Assembly: GCA_041489925.1 (NCBI GenBank) | Contig: JBGPSD010000001.1 | Span: forward strand, 102,414 to 166,413 | Reading direction: 5' to 3' | DNA: 64,000 nucleotides | Source of the DNA: Candidatus Nanoarchaeia archaeon | Lineage (GTDB): Archaea > Nanobdellota > Nanobdellia > Woesearchaeales > ARS49 | In this document: in pieces, positions 1 to 8,524 of the stretch | How the letters are laid out: each line of letters starts with the position of its first letter | How positions within the stretch are numbered: position 1 is the first letter of the stretch | Translations under genes and position numbers: made by a program | Notes under the pieces: model-generated | The model's input: the letters and a program-made list of their open reading frames with translations, nothing else | The model's database searches: none | What the model was told of the DNA's origin: nothing

Positions 1-297
1 GAGCTTGGCATATCAATCGAGATAAGGGAGCACTCAGGAAAAGAAAAGAGCAGGGGAAGCGCGCCTGAAACCGGCGGAAGCATCCCGTACCAGATGATTA
101 CCAAGGGCAAGACGCTGATATTCTCAGTGCCGGTCTCATACACCGGCAAGGACATAACGCTTTACATCGGGAACGAACAAGCAGGCACGTTCAACGTGGA
201 CAATCAGGGCAATGTCTATGTCAAGAAGACCTCTGGACTTGGCAAGGCAATCCTTGACGCATACCACGGCGGGGCAAAGCTAAGGTTTGTTGCGTAG
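1..297 (+). CDS. hypothetical protein, C-terminal fragment (ORF open to left window edge)
   Basis: Frame 1 has no stop from nt 1 to the TAG at 295-297. The listed 67-aa ORF (94..297) is only its Met-to-stop tail. No recognisable motif. Confidence 0.4.
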   Translation, partial: ELGISIEIREHSGKEKSRGSAPETGGSIPYQMITKGKTLIFSVPVSYTGKDITLYIGNEQAGTFNVDNQGNVYVKKTSGLGKAILDAYHGGAKLRFVA

Positions 298-311
298 AAA
301 ACTATATATAG
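297..311 (+). promoter_or_regulatory. BRE/TATA-like box (GAAAACTATATATAG) for serS
   Basis: A/T box centred about 27 nt upstream of the serS ATG (333). The same AAAACTATATATA core recurs at 16159, 17062 and, reverse-complemented, at 6780, each at the same distance from a start codon. This implies leaderless or near-leaderless mRNA. Confidence 0.6.
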
Positions 312-332
312 ACTGATTCTGCAGTTTGGACT

Positions 333-1607
333 ATGATTGAACTTATCAGGGAGAACCCGAAAAGGTTCAAGGATGACATAAAGAAAAGGCACAAGGACCC
401 TGCGATAATAGACAAAGTCCTTGACCTTGATGAGCAGTGGAGAAAGCACAAGGCAGAAAGCGATGAGCTCAGGGCAAAAAGAAACAAGATTTCCCTTGAG
501 ATTAACGAGCTGAAAAAGGCAAAAAAGGACGCGAGCAAGACAATCAAAGATGCTACTGCAATTCCCGGAAAGCTGAAGGCGCTCGAGGAAAATATGAAAA
601 AACTCGAGGTCCAGCTCGCAGAAGCACTGTATGTTGTCCCAAACCTGCTTGACCCAAGCGTTCCTGCAGGCAAAGACGCCTCTGAAAATGTTGAGGTAAA
701 GAAATGGGGCAAGCCAAAGAAGTTCTCATTTGAGCTTAAGACTCACACCCAGCTCGCGGAAGACCTTGGAATTGCTGACTTTGAGCAGGGCGCGGTTGTT
801 GCCCAGCGCGGCTTTAATTACATTTTCGGCCAGCTCGCAATGCTTGACATGGCATTGCAAAGGTATGGCATTGAATTCCTTGTTGAAAAGGGATTTACCC
901 CTGTTGTTCCCCCAATGCTGATCAACAAAGAAAGCCTTGGCGGCGCAGTTGACCTTTCTGCATTCAGCGAAGTCATTTACAAAGTTGAGAATGAGGACTT
1001 ATACCTGATTGGAACAGCAGAACACGCCCTTGTCACATCACAAAGAAACAAGACTTTGCAGGAAAAAGCTTTGCCCTTGAAGATTTGCGCTGCCACTCCC
1101 TGCTTCAGGAAAGAGATTGGCGCCCACGGAGTTGACACAAAGGGATTATTCAGGATGCACCAGTTCAACAAGGTCGAGCAGGTTGTTTTCTGCAAGCCAG
1201 AAGACTCCTCAAAGATTCACGAGGAAATGGAAGCAATCACAGAGGAATTTTTCAAGAGCCTTGAGATTCCATTCAGGGTGATTGAGCTGTGCGCCGGAGA
1301 TTTGGGACCGAAGTTCGCAAAGCAGTATGACATTGAAGCATGGTTCCCGAGGCAGAAAGAGTACAAGGAAGTCACGTCAGCAGGAAACTGCACTGACTAC
1401 CAGGCCCGAAGGCTGAACATAAAGTACCTCACAGGCACAGGCAAGAGGTATCCGCACATGCTGAACAACACAATGGTCGCAACTTCACGCGCAATGGTCG
1501 CAATCCTCGAGAACTTCCAGAACGAGGACGGCACTGTCACGGTTCCAAAAGTTCTCCAGAAATACACAGGTTTCAAGGTTATTGGGAAGCCTGTTAAGAA
1601 GAAGTGA
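333..1607 (+). CDS. serS: seryl-tRNA synthetase
   Basis: 424 aa with an N-terminal coiled-coil arm (KDPAIIDKVLDLDEQWRK...) and a class II core (TPCFRKEIGAHGVDTKGLFRMHQFNKVEQ; TSAGNCTDYQARRL; LNNTMVATSRAMVAILENFQ). Typical SerRS length and layout. Confidence 0.95.
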   Translation: MIELIRENPKRFKDDIKKRHKDPAIIDKVLDLDEQWRKHKAESDELRAKRNKISLEINELKKAKKDASKTIKDATAIPGKLKALEENMKKLEVQLAEALYVVPNLLDPSVPAGKDASENVEVKKWGKPKKFSFELKTHTQLAEDLGIADFEQGAVVAQRGFNYIFGQLAMLDMALQRYGIEFLVEKGFTPVVPPMLINKESLGGAVDLSAFSEVIYKVENEDLYLIGTAEHALVTSQRNKTLQEKALPLKICAATPCFRKEIGAHGVDTKGLFRMHQFNKVEQVVFCKPEDSSKIHEEMEAITEEFFKSLEIPFRVIELCAGDLGPKFAKQYDIEAWFPRQKEYKEVTSAGNCTDYQARRLNIKYLTGTGKRYPHMLNNTMVATSRAMVAILENFQNEDGTVTVPKVLQKYTGFKVIGKPVKKK

Positions 1608-2178
1608 CTGGCTTTTTTTCCGGAACTATAATCCCGCCCCTGTATTCCCTGTAAATGACCAGCTGCGGAGGGCAGCCGCACTCGTTCAGCGGCTTTGGTT
1701 TTTTGCAGGATGCAAGGTGCTTGTAAAGCGTGACGCTTTCCTTTCCGATAATATGCCTGGCTGTTCCGTCAGTGTCCTTGCGATAGCTCATGAATGCCAT
1801 GGAGTTGTCTTTTGCGAAAAATGTCTCTGACTTAAACCAGGAAGGACTGTCTTTTGGCAGCCTGTGCGTTTCCCAGAGGAAAAACAGGATGTCCCTCATC
1901 CTGTCAATTCTTGCATTTGTCAATCTGCTGTCATCAAGCCGCAGGTATCCTGTGTAATCAAGCTCCCAGACGGGCTTGTCGTGAAAATAAATAATTTTCT
2001 TGTCATTAACATCATGCACGCCTCCTGTAATCCAGGCATACTTGAATGAGCAATTCGTTAACTCATAAGTCAAAGCGCTGCGGGACTTTATCGCCTCGCC
2101 ATAAGTTGCCTTTTCAGCCACGCCTGAAAACCTGACTATTTCATCCAAGAAAGCTTGGTCTATTAGTGCTTCACTCAT
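1594..2178 (-). CDS. hypothetical protein (possibly DUF5680-like; weak recollection)
   Basis: Start trimmed to the Met (MSEALIDQ...) that lies about 27 nt downstream of a TTTTATAAAC box at about 2199-2210. Its 3' end overlaps the serS 3' end by 14 nt. The pattern ATYGEA..S..L.YE...F.Y......G.....II.F.DKPVWELDYTG resembles a family I remember as DUF5680. Not verifiable here. Confidence 0.5.
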   Translation of the reverse strand: MSEALIDQAFLDEIVRFSGVAEKATYGEAIKSRSALTYELTNCSFKYAWITGGVHDVNDKKIIYFHDKPVWELDYTGYLRLDDSRLTNARIDRMRDILFFLWETHRLPKDSPSWFKSETFFAKDNSMAFMSYRKDTDGTARHIIGKESVTLYKHLASCKKPKPLNECGCPPQLVIYREYRGGIIVPEKKPVTSS

Positions 2179-2278
2179 AAAAACAGGCAAAAGTGAAGGG
2201 TTTATAAAACTACGCAAACAGGCAAATCCTGCTGTTTTTTCCAAAAATATTTATAATGCCTTTTGGAAGCATGCTGTT

Positions 2279-2584
2279 ATGGCCGCAATACCCTCCTGGC
2301 TTTGGCTCGCAATCGGGCTTATCGTGTCTGTGACATCGTGGTATGCTGACATGACATTGTTCTTCTGGCTCGGCTGCGCATTCGTGGTTGTCGGGGTTGC
2401 GAAGATTGTAATTGGATTCATGCTTGGCAAAACTGAAACCAAAGCTGAAAAAAAGGTGGTGCAAAGGCTCGCGCCAGTGCAGGGGCAAATGCACCCTGCG
2501 CACCAGTATTACAGGTGCCCTTGCGGAAACCCTGTGAAAGTTTCTGACATTTTCTGCAGTTATTGCGGGCGAAGGCTGAGGTAA
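2279..2584 (+). CDS. small membrane protein with C-terminal zinc-ribbon
   Basis: Two hydrophobic helices (WLWLAIGLIVSV, FFWLGCAFVVVGVAKIVIGF) followed by a CPCG-x12-CSYCG four-Cys ribbon. TATA-like AAATATTTATAA lies about 25-30 nt upstream. Confidence 0.55.
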   Translation: MAAIPSWLWLAIGLIVSVTSWYADMTLFFWLGCAFVVVGVAKIVIGFMLGKTETKAEKKVVQRLAPVQGQMHPAHQYYRCPCGNPVKVSDIFCSYCGRRLR

Positions 2585-3009
2585 TGCTTAACATTCTGAT
2601 TACAGGTATGCCTAAAAATCTGCCAAAAGGAATGAAAAAGGCAGTTGAACACCTGAAAAAATGCAGGAGCAGGGAGGAATGCCTTAAAGAAGCGTACAAA
2701 ATACTTAAAAGAAAATTTGTCGGCAGAAAAATGTATTACTTAACACATTTTTGGCAGGTTTTCCAGACAAACATTGACTATGTATGGAACAAAAGAAAAG
2801 TGCTTAACTGCAATGAGGCAAATTACCTTCTCAGGGTGCTGCTCGTGAAAAGCGGGCATTTTAACAGCAGGGACATAAAAAACAACTGGACAATGGTCTG
2901 GTGGATAAGCCCGCACCAGTACCTGCGCGTTAATACCGGCAAAAAAGACATTATTGTTGATATGTGGGGCGCCTCAAACAAGGTGCCATTTGGCAAATAC
3001 GCACATTAG
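2584..3009 (+). CDS. transglutaminase-like (Cys-His-Asp) fold protein, putative
   Basis: LNCNEANYLLRVLLVKSG ... WWISPHQYLRV ... IIVDMWG has the spacing of the transglutaminase-core Cys/His/Asp triad. Start moved from the TTG at 2563 to the first ATG (2584). Confidence 0.5.
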   Translation: MLNILITGMPKNLPKGMKKAVEHLKKCRSREECLKEAYKILKRKFVGRKMYYLTHFWQVFQTNIDYVWNKRKVLNCNEANYLLRVLLVKSGHFNSRDIKNNWTMVWWISPHQYLRVNTGKKDIIVDMWGASNKVPFGKYAH

Positions 3010-3011
3010 GC

Positions 3012-3025
3012 AAACTTTTATATAG
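3012..3025 (+). promoter_or_regulatory. BRE/TATA-like box (AAACTTTTATATAG) for cdc6
   Basis: Centred about 28 nt upstream of the ATG at 3049. Confidence 0.55.
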
Positions 3026-3048
3026 ACGATAGTTCTCGATGAATTCTG

Positions 3049-4122
3049 ATGGGGATATTTGACAGTGGGCTAAAAGATGGTGAAACGCTCTTCAATAATG
3101 AGGACGCGCTCGACTACGCTTACATTCCAAAGGAGCTGCCTTTCAGGGAAAACCAGCAGCACGCGCTTGCCGCCTGCATAAAGCCGTTGTTCCAGGGGCG
3201 CAATGGGCGGAATGTCTTTGTTTATGGCGCGCCGGGAATCGGAAAAACCGCTGCGACAAGGTGGGTTTTGCAGGAGATTGAGGAAACCGGCGACGAGGTT
3301 CGCACGATTTACATCAACTGCTGGCAGAAAAACACCACTTTCAAGATTTTCGAGGCAATATGCCATGAAATCGGATACAAGTTCACGCAGAACAAGCACA
3401 GCGAGGAGCTTCTCAATGTCATCAAAAATTACACAGTCAAGAAGCCTGCTGTTTTCGTGTTTGACGAGATAGACAAGGTTGAAGACCTTGACTTCCTTTA
3501 CGCGCTATTGAACGACATTTACAAAAAGAGCATTGTCCTTATCACGAACTACAAAAGCTGGCTTGACGAGGTTGAGGACAGGATAAAGTCAAGGCTCACC
3601 CCTGAGCTTCTCGAGTTCAAGGAATATGACGGCCAGCAGACAAAAGACATACTCAAGAAGCGCATGGGCTACGCGTTTGTCCCTGGAGTCTGGCAGGCTG
3701 ACGCGTTCTCGCTGATTACTGAAAAGGCAGGCGAGATGCGCGATGTCAGGATGGGATTGTATTTGTTAAGGGAGGCAGGGCTTGCTGCAGAGGACGCGGC
3801 AAGCAGGAAGATAACTCTCGAGCATGCCCAGAAGGCGATTGTGAAGCTAACCGAGTTCGCGCGCAAGGACGCAAACCAGCTTGATGAGGACACCAAGCTC
3901 CTGCTTGGCGTTGTCAAGGAAAACTCAGGCGCAAAAATAGGCGACCTTTTCAAGGCTTACACTGACAAGGGCGGCAAGGCTGCTTACAAGACATTCCAGC
4001 GCAAGATTGAGAAGCTTGGCAAGGCAGGCTTTGTTGAAACAGAGAAAATAATGGGCGGAAAGGAAGGGACAACAACGCTTGTCAATTTCGCTGTTAAAGA
4101 CAAGAAGCTCGATGAATTCTAG
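3049..4122 (+). CDS. cdc6: Orc1/Cdc6 replication initiator
   Basis: 357 aa. Carries the Orc1/Cdc6 N-terminal signature (LDYAYIPKELPFRENQ), Walker A GAPGIGKT, Walker B VFVFDEIDK, and a C-terminal winged-helix-like region. Confidence 0.93.
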   Translation: MGIFDSGLKDGETLFNNEDALDYAYIPKELPFRENQQHALAACIKPLFQGRNGRNVFVYGAPGIGKTAATRWVLQEIEETGDEVRTIYINCWQKNTTFKIFEAICHEIGYKFTQNKHSEELLNVIKNYTVKKPAVFVFDEIDKVEDLDFLYALLNDIYKKSIVLITNYKSWLDEVEDRIKSRLTPELLEFKEYDGQQTKDILKKRMGYAFVPGVWQADAFSLITEKAGEMRDVRMGLYLLREAGLAAEDAASRKITLEHAQKAIVKLTEFARKDANQLDEDTKLLLGVVKENSGAKIGDLFKAYTDKGGKAAYKTFQRKIEKLGKAGFVETEKIMGGKEGTTTLVNFAVKDKKLDEF

Positions 4123-4673
4123 GATTTTGCTGCCATAAGATTAGTTGCGCTGCCGATGTTAACTGCAGGAATACACCGTTCTGTCTTTGGCTCTGGCTCA
4201 GAATACGGGCGAAGAACAATCCTGCCTTTTCCCTTATCTGCATAAAGAATCCTGCCTGATTTCCTTTCTGTATATGAGACCACCTTGAACTGGAATATTA
4301 CCACAGGCCCGTTGAAAATCCTGTCATCCTTGGCGACTGCTTCAGCATCTGCAATGGATTGCTCATAGCGCACGCCAATGCAGCCGTCAGGGTCATGGCC
4401 AACAACAAGCACCTTGCTGTCAATTCCATTTACTCTGGCCTTATAGACCGCTTCAATCTGCAGGTTAGACTCTATAAAAAGAGGATTGGTGATATCATTA
4501 AGTGCTGGCGCCTTGAAATAATGCTCGATTAAGCAAGTATGCTCCTCAAGAAGTTTGTCATAAAGCGCGGTGAATATTTTCTTTTTCTTTTCCATGCACC
4601 TGTCACGCGCATTCCCAAGTCTCCTGCAAAGAATATCTATTGATTCTGGCTCTCGTTCGCTTGATTCTGTCAT
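4119..4673 (-). CDS. hypothetical protein
   Basis: 184-aa ORF with no recognisable motifs. First ATG is at 4673 (the track's first M is a GTG at 4676). Its 3' end overlaps the cdc6 stop by 4 nt (convergent). Confidence 0.5.
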   Translation of the reverse strand: MTESSEREPESIDILCRRLGNARDRCMEKKKKIFTALYDKLLEEHTCLIEHYFKAPALNDITNPLFIESNLQIEAVYKARVNGIDSKVLVVGHDPDGCIGVRYEQSIADAEAVAKDDRIFNGPVVIFQFKVVSYTERKSGRILYADKGKGRIVLRPYSEPEPKTERCIPAVNIGSATNLMAAKS

Positions 4674-4849
4674 CACCAGAGGTCGCTCGTAGTCTTGTCT
4701 GCACTCACGGTGCCTCTCTCGACGATAACTAATAATTCACACATATAAAAGGTTTTCGGCTATCTTCCCGACATGCCACTGGTCACTGGACTTGGTGACG
4801 TGGCGTATTTAAAGCGAAAAAATAGCAAGTATGCAAAGAGGTGATGACT

Positions 4850-4948
4850 ATGGACGAAAAACTGATTGCATCATTGTTCTTTGAGTGCACAAAGGCACTG
4901 ACTATGAAAACCGTTCAGCCAGGGCTTAGGCTGAGACAACCAGTGTAA
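4850..4948 (+). CDS. micro-ORF, 32 aa (MDEKLIASLFFECTKALTMKTVQPGLRLRQPV)
   Basis: Below the 60-aa track cutoff. A strong SD, GAGGTGAT (4838-4845), sits 4 nt before the ATG. A TATA-like CATATAAAAGG lies at about 4741-4752 upstream. Coding status unproven. Confidence 0.3.
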   Translation: MDEKLIASLFFECTKALTMKTVQPGLRLRQPV

Positions 4949-5021
4949 AAAACAGAAAAAACGAGGCAGCGCCAACTGCGGTTGGCTGGTCTCGTTGTGA
5001 ACAAAAACGAGGTGAAAACAA

Positions 5022-5165
5022 ATGAGCAGGGTATTTACAAAGGCAGACAGGGAATTATTGGAACAGTTGAGGAATCCGAGAAAGGCTCAAAATGACTTCT
5101 TTATGGAACCGATAGTTGAGGACGTAGTTGAAGATGACTATTTCCCGTCAGGCGTAACTGCCTGA
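5022..5165 (+). CDS. micro-ORF, 47 aa, acidic C-terminus (MSRVFTKADRELLEQLRNPRKAQNDFFMEPIVEDVVEDDYFPSGVTA)
   Basis: SD GAGGTGA (5009-5015) lies 6 nt before the ATG. The stop is followed directly by a T-rich tract. Below the track cutoff. Confidence 0.4.
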   Translation: MSRVFTKADRELLEQLRNPRKAQNDFFMEPIVEDVVEDDYFPSGVTA

Positions 5166-5192
5166 TTATTTTTCTTCTTTTTTAAAATTAAT
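5166..5192 (+). terminator. T-rich tract (TTATTTTTCTTCTTTTTTAAAA), archaeal-type terminator candidate
   Basis: Oligo-T runs start immediately after the stop of the 47-aa ORF. Confidence 0.4.
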
Positions 5193-5206
5193 AACAATAA
5201 ATAACG

Positions 5207-5221
5207 GGCGCGTACCGCGCC
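5207..5221 (-). terminator. GC hairpin (GGCGCG-TAC-CGCGCC) followed on the minus strand by a T-rich tract
   Basis: Perfect 6-bp GC stem. On the minus strand it is followed by GTTATTTATTGTTATTAATTTT. It lies about 140 nt downstream of the glk stop. A sequence-related hairpin occurs at 36555-36589. Confidence 0.35.
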
Positions 5222-5357
5222 AGAGACCAACCATAAGAGGAAAGTCTTTGTTATTATTTCTCCGAACTCGCGCGACAGAACGGAGTTCGGAGCGCATGAG
5301 TGAGGAGTGTCTTTATCACCCGCAGGTGCCTCTGCAATTATGCCCCAATGCACGCGT

Positions 5358-6338
5358 TCAGAACAGCTCACTCGCCAATGCCGCGGCTCCAACGATTCCA
5401 AGCTGCTCGTTCCTGACGACGTACACAGGGAAGCGAGACATCATCTTTGAGAATCTGCCCTTGTTCCTGAACGCCTTGAGGAATGGGCTCTTTTTCATCA
5501 CGCCAATATTGCTTTTTACCAATCCGCCGATGATATAGACACCGCCGAAAGCCATTGCCTGCATTGCAAGATTTCCTGCCTCTGCGCCCAATACCGAGAA
5601 GAATACATCTGTTGTTTTTTTGCACAGCCTGTCCTTGCTTGCATTGTGCATTATGATTGCGGGCTTGTCAGCGCCCTTTGCAGCCATGAGCGTCCTTATT
5701 GCCGGCGATTCTTTGGCGTACTTCATCTTCTTCATGAATTCATAAACATTCATCAAGCCAGGACCTGAGAGGATGCGCTCATTGCTGACGTGGCCGAACT
5801 TGGCGCGCAAATAATTGAAAAGGTCAACCTGGATTGAGTCCTGCGGGGCAAAGTCCTGGTGCCCTCCTTCTGACGGAACAACTATTGAGTCTCCGCCGTG
5901 GTGGGCAACGATTGCCTCTCCAAGCCCTGTGCCAGGACCGAAAAGCGCCTTGTTTTCCATTCCCTCGTAAGTTCCACGCTGGATGACTGCGATGTCTTTC
6001 GCGTGCAAGGCGTCAAGCCCGTGGGCATGCGCCACAAAATCATTGACTATTGTTGTCCTGCCGATTCCTATTGCCTTGCTCAAAGGCCCAACATCAATCT
6101 TCCACGGCAGGTTTGTCGCCTTGCAGACACCGTCAAAAACAGGGCCTGCAATTCCGACTGCTGCAGCCCTTGGGTGCGCGTCGTTTGCTTCAAGGAAAAG
6201 CTTGATTATTTCAGAAAGGTTGTCAAAACGCTTGTTTGGATACTTCTCAAAAACAAGCTTTTTCACATCTCGGTTTTCCACGCTGAACAAGCCGAGCCTT
6301 GTCGATGTTCCCCCAACGTCACCTGCAAGCACTATCAT
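5358..6338 (-). CDS. glk: glucokinase (bacterial Glk-type)
   Basis: MIVLAGDVGGTSTRLGLF N-terminal ATP-binding motif, then GIAGPV, EGGH, GGVYIIGG; typical Glk family layout. Start set at the ATG 6338, preceded by SD AGGTGGTG. The 24-codon upstream extension in the track starts at a GTG and is Arg/Lys-rich. Confidence 0.85.
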   Translation of the reverse strand: MIVLAGDVGGTSTRLGLFSVENRDVKKLVFEKYPNKRFDNLSEIIKLFLEANDAHPRAAAVGIAGPVFDGVCKATNLPWKIDVGPLSKAIGIGRTTIVNDFVAHAHGLDALHAKDIAVIQRGTYEGMENKALFGPGTGLGEAIVAHHGGDSIVVPSEGGHQDFAPQDSIQVDLFNYLRAKFGHVSNERILSGPGLMNVYEFMKKMKYAKESPAIRTLMAAKGADKPAIIMHNASKDRLCKKTTDVFFSVLGAEAGNLAMQAMAFGGVYIIGGLVKSNIGVMKKSPFLKAFRNKGRFSKMMSRFPVYVVRNEQLGIVGAAALASELF

Positions 6339-6469
6339 TCGCCCACCACCTTTACGACGACGCGTTTTTTTCTCTGGCCGTCCCACTCGCCGTAAAATAT
6401 CCTCTGCCACGGCCCCAAATCAAGAGATTGTTTACTTATGGGTATAAAAACCTGATGGTTAATGCGGAT

Positions 6470-6757
6470 TCAATAAAGCTCTACTCTTGGCTTATCTTCT
6501 TCCTCAACAAGCTCTGATGCTGTTGGCTGCTGTGCAGGCGCATTATCGCCGAACATGTTTCCGAACGCAGCTATAGGATTGGCGCTCTGCTCAGACGGTG
6601 TTTGCGCAGGAGTGTCGCCGAACAATGACGGGCTGGGCGAGTCAAAAATGCTCCTTGACGCCTGCTGGCCCTCATGGCTGACAAGCGACTGCAAAAGCCT
6701 TATCGCTTTGAGTATGTCCTCCTTAGAATCAGTAACAGTGTCAATCGCGATTTTCAT
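6470..6757 (-). CDS. small acidic hypothetical protein (95 aa)
   Basis: Structured N-terminus (MKIAIDTVTDSKEDILKAIRLLQSL), then a low-complexity P/S/Q/A tail ending EEEDKPRVELY. The canonical promoter box lies 27 nt upstream. Confidence 0.5.
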   Translation of the reverse strand: MKIAIDTVTDSKEDILKAIRLLQSLVSHEGQQASRSIFDSPSPSLFGDTPAQTPSEQSANPIAAFGNMFGDNAPAQQPTASELVEEEDKPRVELY

Positions 6758-6779
6758 ATGCTTTAATCTGCTGTTTGGG

Positions 6780-6793
6780 TATATATAGTTTTC
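6780..6793 (-). promoter_or_regulatory. BRE/TATA-like box (reverse complement GAAAACTATATATA)
   Basis: Same 13-mer as at 297, 16159 and 17062, centred about 27 nt upstream of the ATG at 6757. Confidence 0.55.
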
Positions 6794-6897
6794 GTGAATA
6801 AACCGCAGTTAAGCTTAAATACCCAAATGCATTTACCCTTCTAATCGCGTGAGTGAAGGGTCAGCGATGACTAGGGACCACGTGTGAGAGAGCAACC

Positions 6898-7296
6898 GTG
6901 AGCAACGACATTGGTGTTATTGCGGAACGAGCAGCATCTGAGATTCTTGCACAGGGAACTGACGCCACAAAGATTAAAGTTATGAAAACTGACAATTTTC
7001 TGTTTCTTAATGTTCATTTAGGCAGAGACAAAAGGGAAATGAGAGCTTTCCCGCTGGACTATTCAAAGCTGACTTCCCCGCAAGTGCTTGCGTATGAAGG
7101 AAAGCACGCTGAAGCAAAATATGATATTGACCGCGACGGTCAGAGCAAAGAACAGCTTGCAGCGCTAGAGGAAAATTTAAAGGATTATGAGACCGAAAGA
7201 AAGAGGGCGCGGAAAGAAGAATCTGATTGGGAGGAAGGCGGTGCGCCAATTAGAGAAAGCACTCAGGACGGAATTCCGTATAAGCGCTGGTGCTGA
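6898..7296 (+). CDS. hypothetical protein (GTG start, uncertain)
   Basis: 132-codon ORF with a charged C-terminal half and no known motif. The start codon is GTG; the first internal Met is about 29 codons in. Confidence 0.4.
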   Translation: MSNDIGVIAERAASEILAQGTDATKIKVMKTDNFLFLNVHLGRDKREMRAFPLDYSKLTSPQVLAYEGKHAEAKYDIDRDGQSKEQLAALEENLKDYETERKRARKEESDWEEGGAPIRESTQDGIPYKRWC

Positions 7297-7299
7297 TTC

Positions 7300-8433
7300 T
7301 TAGAACACTGTTTCCTTTATCGTTATTACCGCGCCTATTACGAAGACAAGTATCATCAGCACGATAAAGACAGGGCGGACATTCATCTCATATTCTGGCT
7401 TTCTATCACCGTGCTTCCTTGCTTTAAGATAAGTCAGGAGCATGATTATTCCGTCAGCCCCGCCGGCTATTGCGCCTGTGATTCCAAGGATATTGATGAA
7501 TGAGTGCACTCCAAAAAGTATGAGAAGCACAGGGACTGAAAGCGTCAACAGCAGGGCATTAATGGGCTTGAACTTGTAATCGTGCCAGAACATTTCCCTC
7601 AGCCCGTTTCCTATTGCGATAAATCCTGTCGCCATGCTGAGAACTGCGAAAACGCTGATTATCACAAGCGGAAAGAATCCCATCAGCAGCCCCACCCCAA
7701 GGTTGGCAACTTCAGTGGTAAAACGCCCTGTTACACCGACGACTGCAAGCCCAAAGAGCGCATATGCGGCAATAGGAATCAGAGTGCCTATCAAAATGCA
7801 CTTTTTCAGGTCCTTGAGATGCCTGGAAAGCTCCTCGCGCATCGCAGGAATTGCAATTGCGCCAAGGAACGCAAAGAGTATGACTCCGTAAGGGACAAAA
7901 ATCTTGGTCAGGTCAATCTGCATCAGGCTTGCAGGGTCAAAGAACTGCGAGAATCCGAGAAGCAGAAGCGTTGTGAAAAGCGCGACAAACTTTATTATTG
8001 AAAGCACAAGCTCTGACATTCCAACAGCTTCCATTCCCTTGAAGATTATTAGGCTGGCAAGCACGAAAAATACAATGCTCCACATCCAGGGGTTGCCGCC
8101 GAATATTTCTGCCAAAGACTTTCCTTCTCCAATAATATACGCCATCAAGGCGCCATAACTGCTTATCATCATCGCCAGGGTCATCAAGCGCTTTCCCCTT
8201 TGGCCGAGGTAAATCCCTGCATAGCCGGTCAGCTGGTGCCGCCCTTTTGTCCTGAGCGTGACTTCGCCAATGCAAAGGTTGAGGACCACCATCACTGCGC
8301 CAAGAAGCAACAGGACAAGAAGCCCTGTAAGGAAGCCTGCCTTTGCCATCACATAAGGAATTCCCAGCACTCCTGCGCCGATAATCGTGCCTGTCAGTGT
8401 GGCAATTGCTTCATAAACGTGTTTTTGCGACAT
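7300..8433 (-). CDS. amino-acid permease (Aa_trans / Trp-Tyr permease-like)
   Basis: 377 aa with about 11 hydrophobic segments. The N-terminal ATLTGTIIGAGVLGIPYVMAKAGF motif is typical of this transporter superfamily. Confidence 0.8.
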   Translation of the reverse strand: MSQKHVYEAIATLTGTIIGAGVLGIPYVMAKAGFLTGLLVLLLLGAVMVVLNLCIGEVTLRTKGRHQLTGYAGIYLGQRGKRLMTLAMMISSYGALMAYIIGEGKSLAEIFGGNPWMWSIVFFVLASLIIFKGMEAVGMSELVLSIIKFVALFTTLLLLGFSQFFDPASLMQIDLTKIFVPYGVILFAFLGAIAIPAMREELSRHLKDLKKCILIGTLIPIAAYALFGLAVVGVTGRFTTEVANLGVGLLMGFFPLVIISVFAVLSMATGFIAIGNGLREMFWHDYKFKPINALLLTLSVPVLLILFGVHSFINILGITGAIAGGADGIIMLLTYLKARKHGDRKPEYEMNVRPVFIVLMILVFVIGAVITIKETVF

Positions 8434-8455
8434 TTTACCTCTTTTTTACTTTTAA

Positions 8456-8470
8456 TATGGGGCTACCCAG
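8456..8470. repeat. 15-nt exact direct duplicate (ATGGGGCTACCCAGA) of the tRNA-Pro 3' end
   Basis: Identical 15-mer at 8456-8470 and 8524-8538. The second copy is the acceptor 3' strand, discriminator and part of the T-stem of the tRNA. The two copies are separated by 53 nt. Confidence 0.8.
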
Positions 8471-8524
8471 ACAGCGGTCAACTCGGTTGACGAGCCTGTG
8501 TAGCCTCATTTCGCTAACGCTCAA

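Noticed and set aside
5237-5246. GAGGAAAGTC, identical to the start of the universally conserved CR-I/P4 motif of RNase P RNA, sits in the non-coding gap. I considered a reduced RNase P RNA at about 5200-5400 (+).
   Set aside because: I could not find a complementary P4 3' strand (CAAAGAC-like) or CR-IV/CR-V motifs downstream on the same strand. The candidate would run into the glk coding region. A 10-mer match is expected by chance about once per 10 such windows. Only an Infernal/Rfam scan could revive it.
4677-5357. Possible replication origin next to orc1/cdc6 (AT-rich tract 5164-5203; CCACTGG-containing inverted repeat 4775-4804, resembling half of a euryarchaeal ORB core).
   Set aside because: No repeated ORB or mini-ORB elements are visible. 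The region is separated from cdc6 by another gene. The only 40 nt directly upstream of cdc6 hold just a promoter. The AT-rich tract is better explained as a terminator. GC-skew and ORB motif searches on the whole contig would be needed.
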